A program made the translations under genes and the position numbers. The notes beneath the pieces are model-generated. The model was given only the letters and a program-made list of their open reading frames with translations. It searched no databases and was not told where the DNA came from. DNA of 64,000 bases, taken from the NCBI GenBank assembly GCA_030265395.1, contig JARFYF010000058.1:20151006-20215005 (forward strand). The letters run 5' to 3'. Within the stretch, counting starts at the first letter, position 1, and the number at the start of each line of letters is the position of its first letter. Below are positions 63,571-64,000 of this stretch, one piece after another. This DNA is from Rhina ancylostomus. Its lineage: Eukaryota.

Positions 63571-64000
63571 AACATTCCAAGGCATCTCAAAAACACAATA
63601 CCAAGCAAAAATGATACCAAGTACACAGGGATATGTTAGACCAGATGACCAAAAGCTTAGTCTAAGTGGAAGGCTTAAAGGAGCATTGTAAAAGTAGGAG
63701 GGAGATGGCAAGGCTTCAGCTGAAAACTTGGTAGCCTAAAATGGACCAATTAGAACTGGGATTTTGCTACAAGGCACAGTTGAAAGAGCACAGTGATCTT
63801 GAAGGCTTGTAGGGTGCAGGTAAGTATCAAAGCAGCAAAGCCAGAAAAATTTTCCAGAATGAATTGTTACTGAACCAGTAACCAAAGTAGATTAACCAGC
63901 AAAGGTTGATAGGTGACTGGTACTTGGTGTAAGTTGGGATATGGACAGCAATATTTTAGGCCAATTCAAGTTTATGGATGATGCCAGATGAAATGACAGC
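63571..64000 (-). mobile_element. L2 LINE 3' fragment, running off the window end
   Basis: AACATTCCAAGGCATCTCA...GGGATATGTTAGACCAGATGACCAAAAGCTTAGTC...CAGCTGAA. Same type as 371-1060. Confidence 0.72.

Noticed and set aside
63460-63581. Direct repeat AACATTCCAAG on both sides of a 100-N gap (similarly TGCACATG around 50400-50499)
   Set aside because: Most likely overlapping contig ends around a placeholder gap, not a TSD.
1-64000. Intact host protein-coding gene
   Set aside because: No ORF or exon chain with a recognisable host protein was found. Small exons of a long-intron gene, or exons hidden in gaps, cannot be excluded.

Overview
AT-rich, CpG-depleted, non-coding vertebrate DNA from a gapped short-read draft assembly (11 N-gaps, with poly-G/C at some gap edges). 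The repeat content (tRNA-derived V-SINEs of HE1 type, DeuSINE/SacSINE1-like SINEs, CR1 and L2 LINE fragments, Penelope-like elements) points to a cartilaginous fish; this is an inference. I found no intact protein-coding gene, tRNA, rRNA or CRISPR array. Main observations: (1) short self-complementary Penelope-terminus inserts, several with 10-16 bp target-site duplications and decayed hammerhead-ribozyme cores; (2) an internally deleted Penelope copy that keeps GIY-YIG but lacks the RT core; (3) two near-full-length and one or two partial PIF/Harbinger transposase fossils, one nested inside a DeuSINE; (4) several long inverted or direct repeats and enhancer-like blocks. Families were assigned by eye from remembered consensus motifs. 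No database search was run and element boundaries are approximate.
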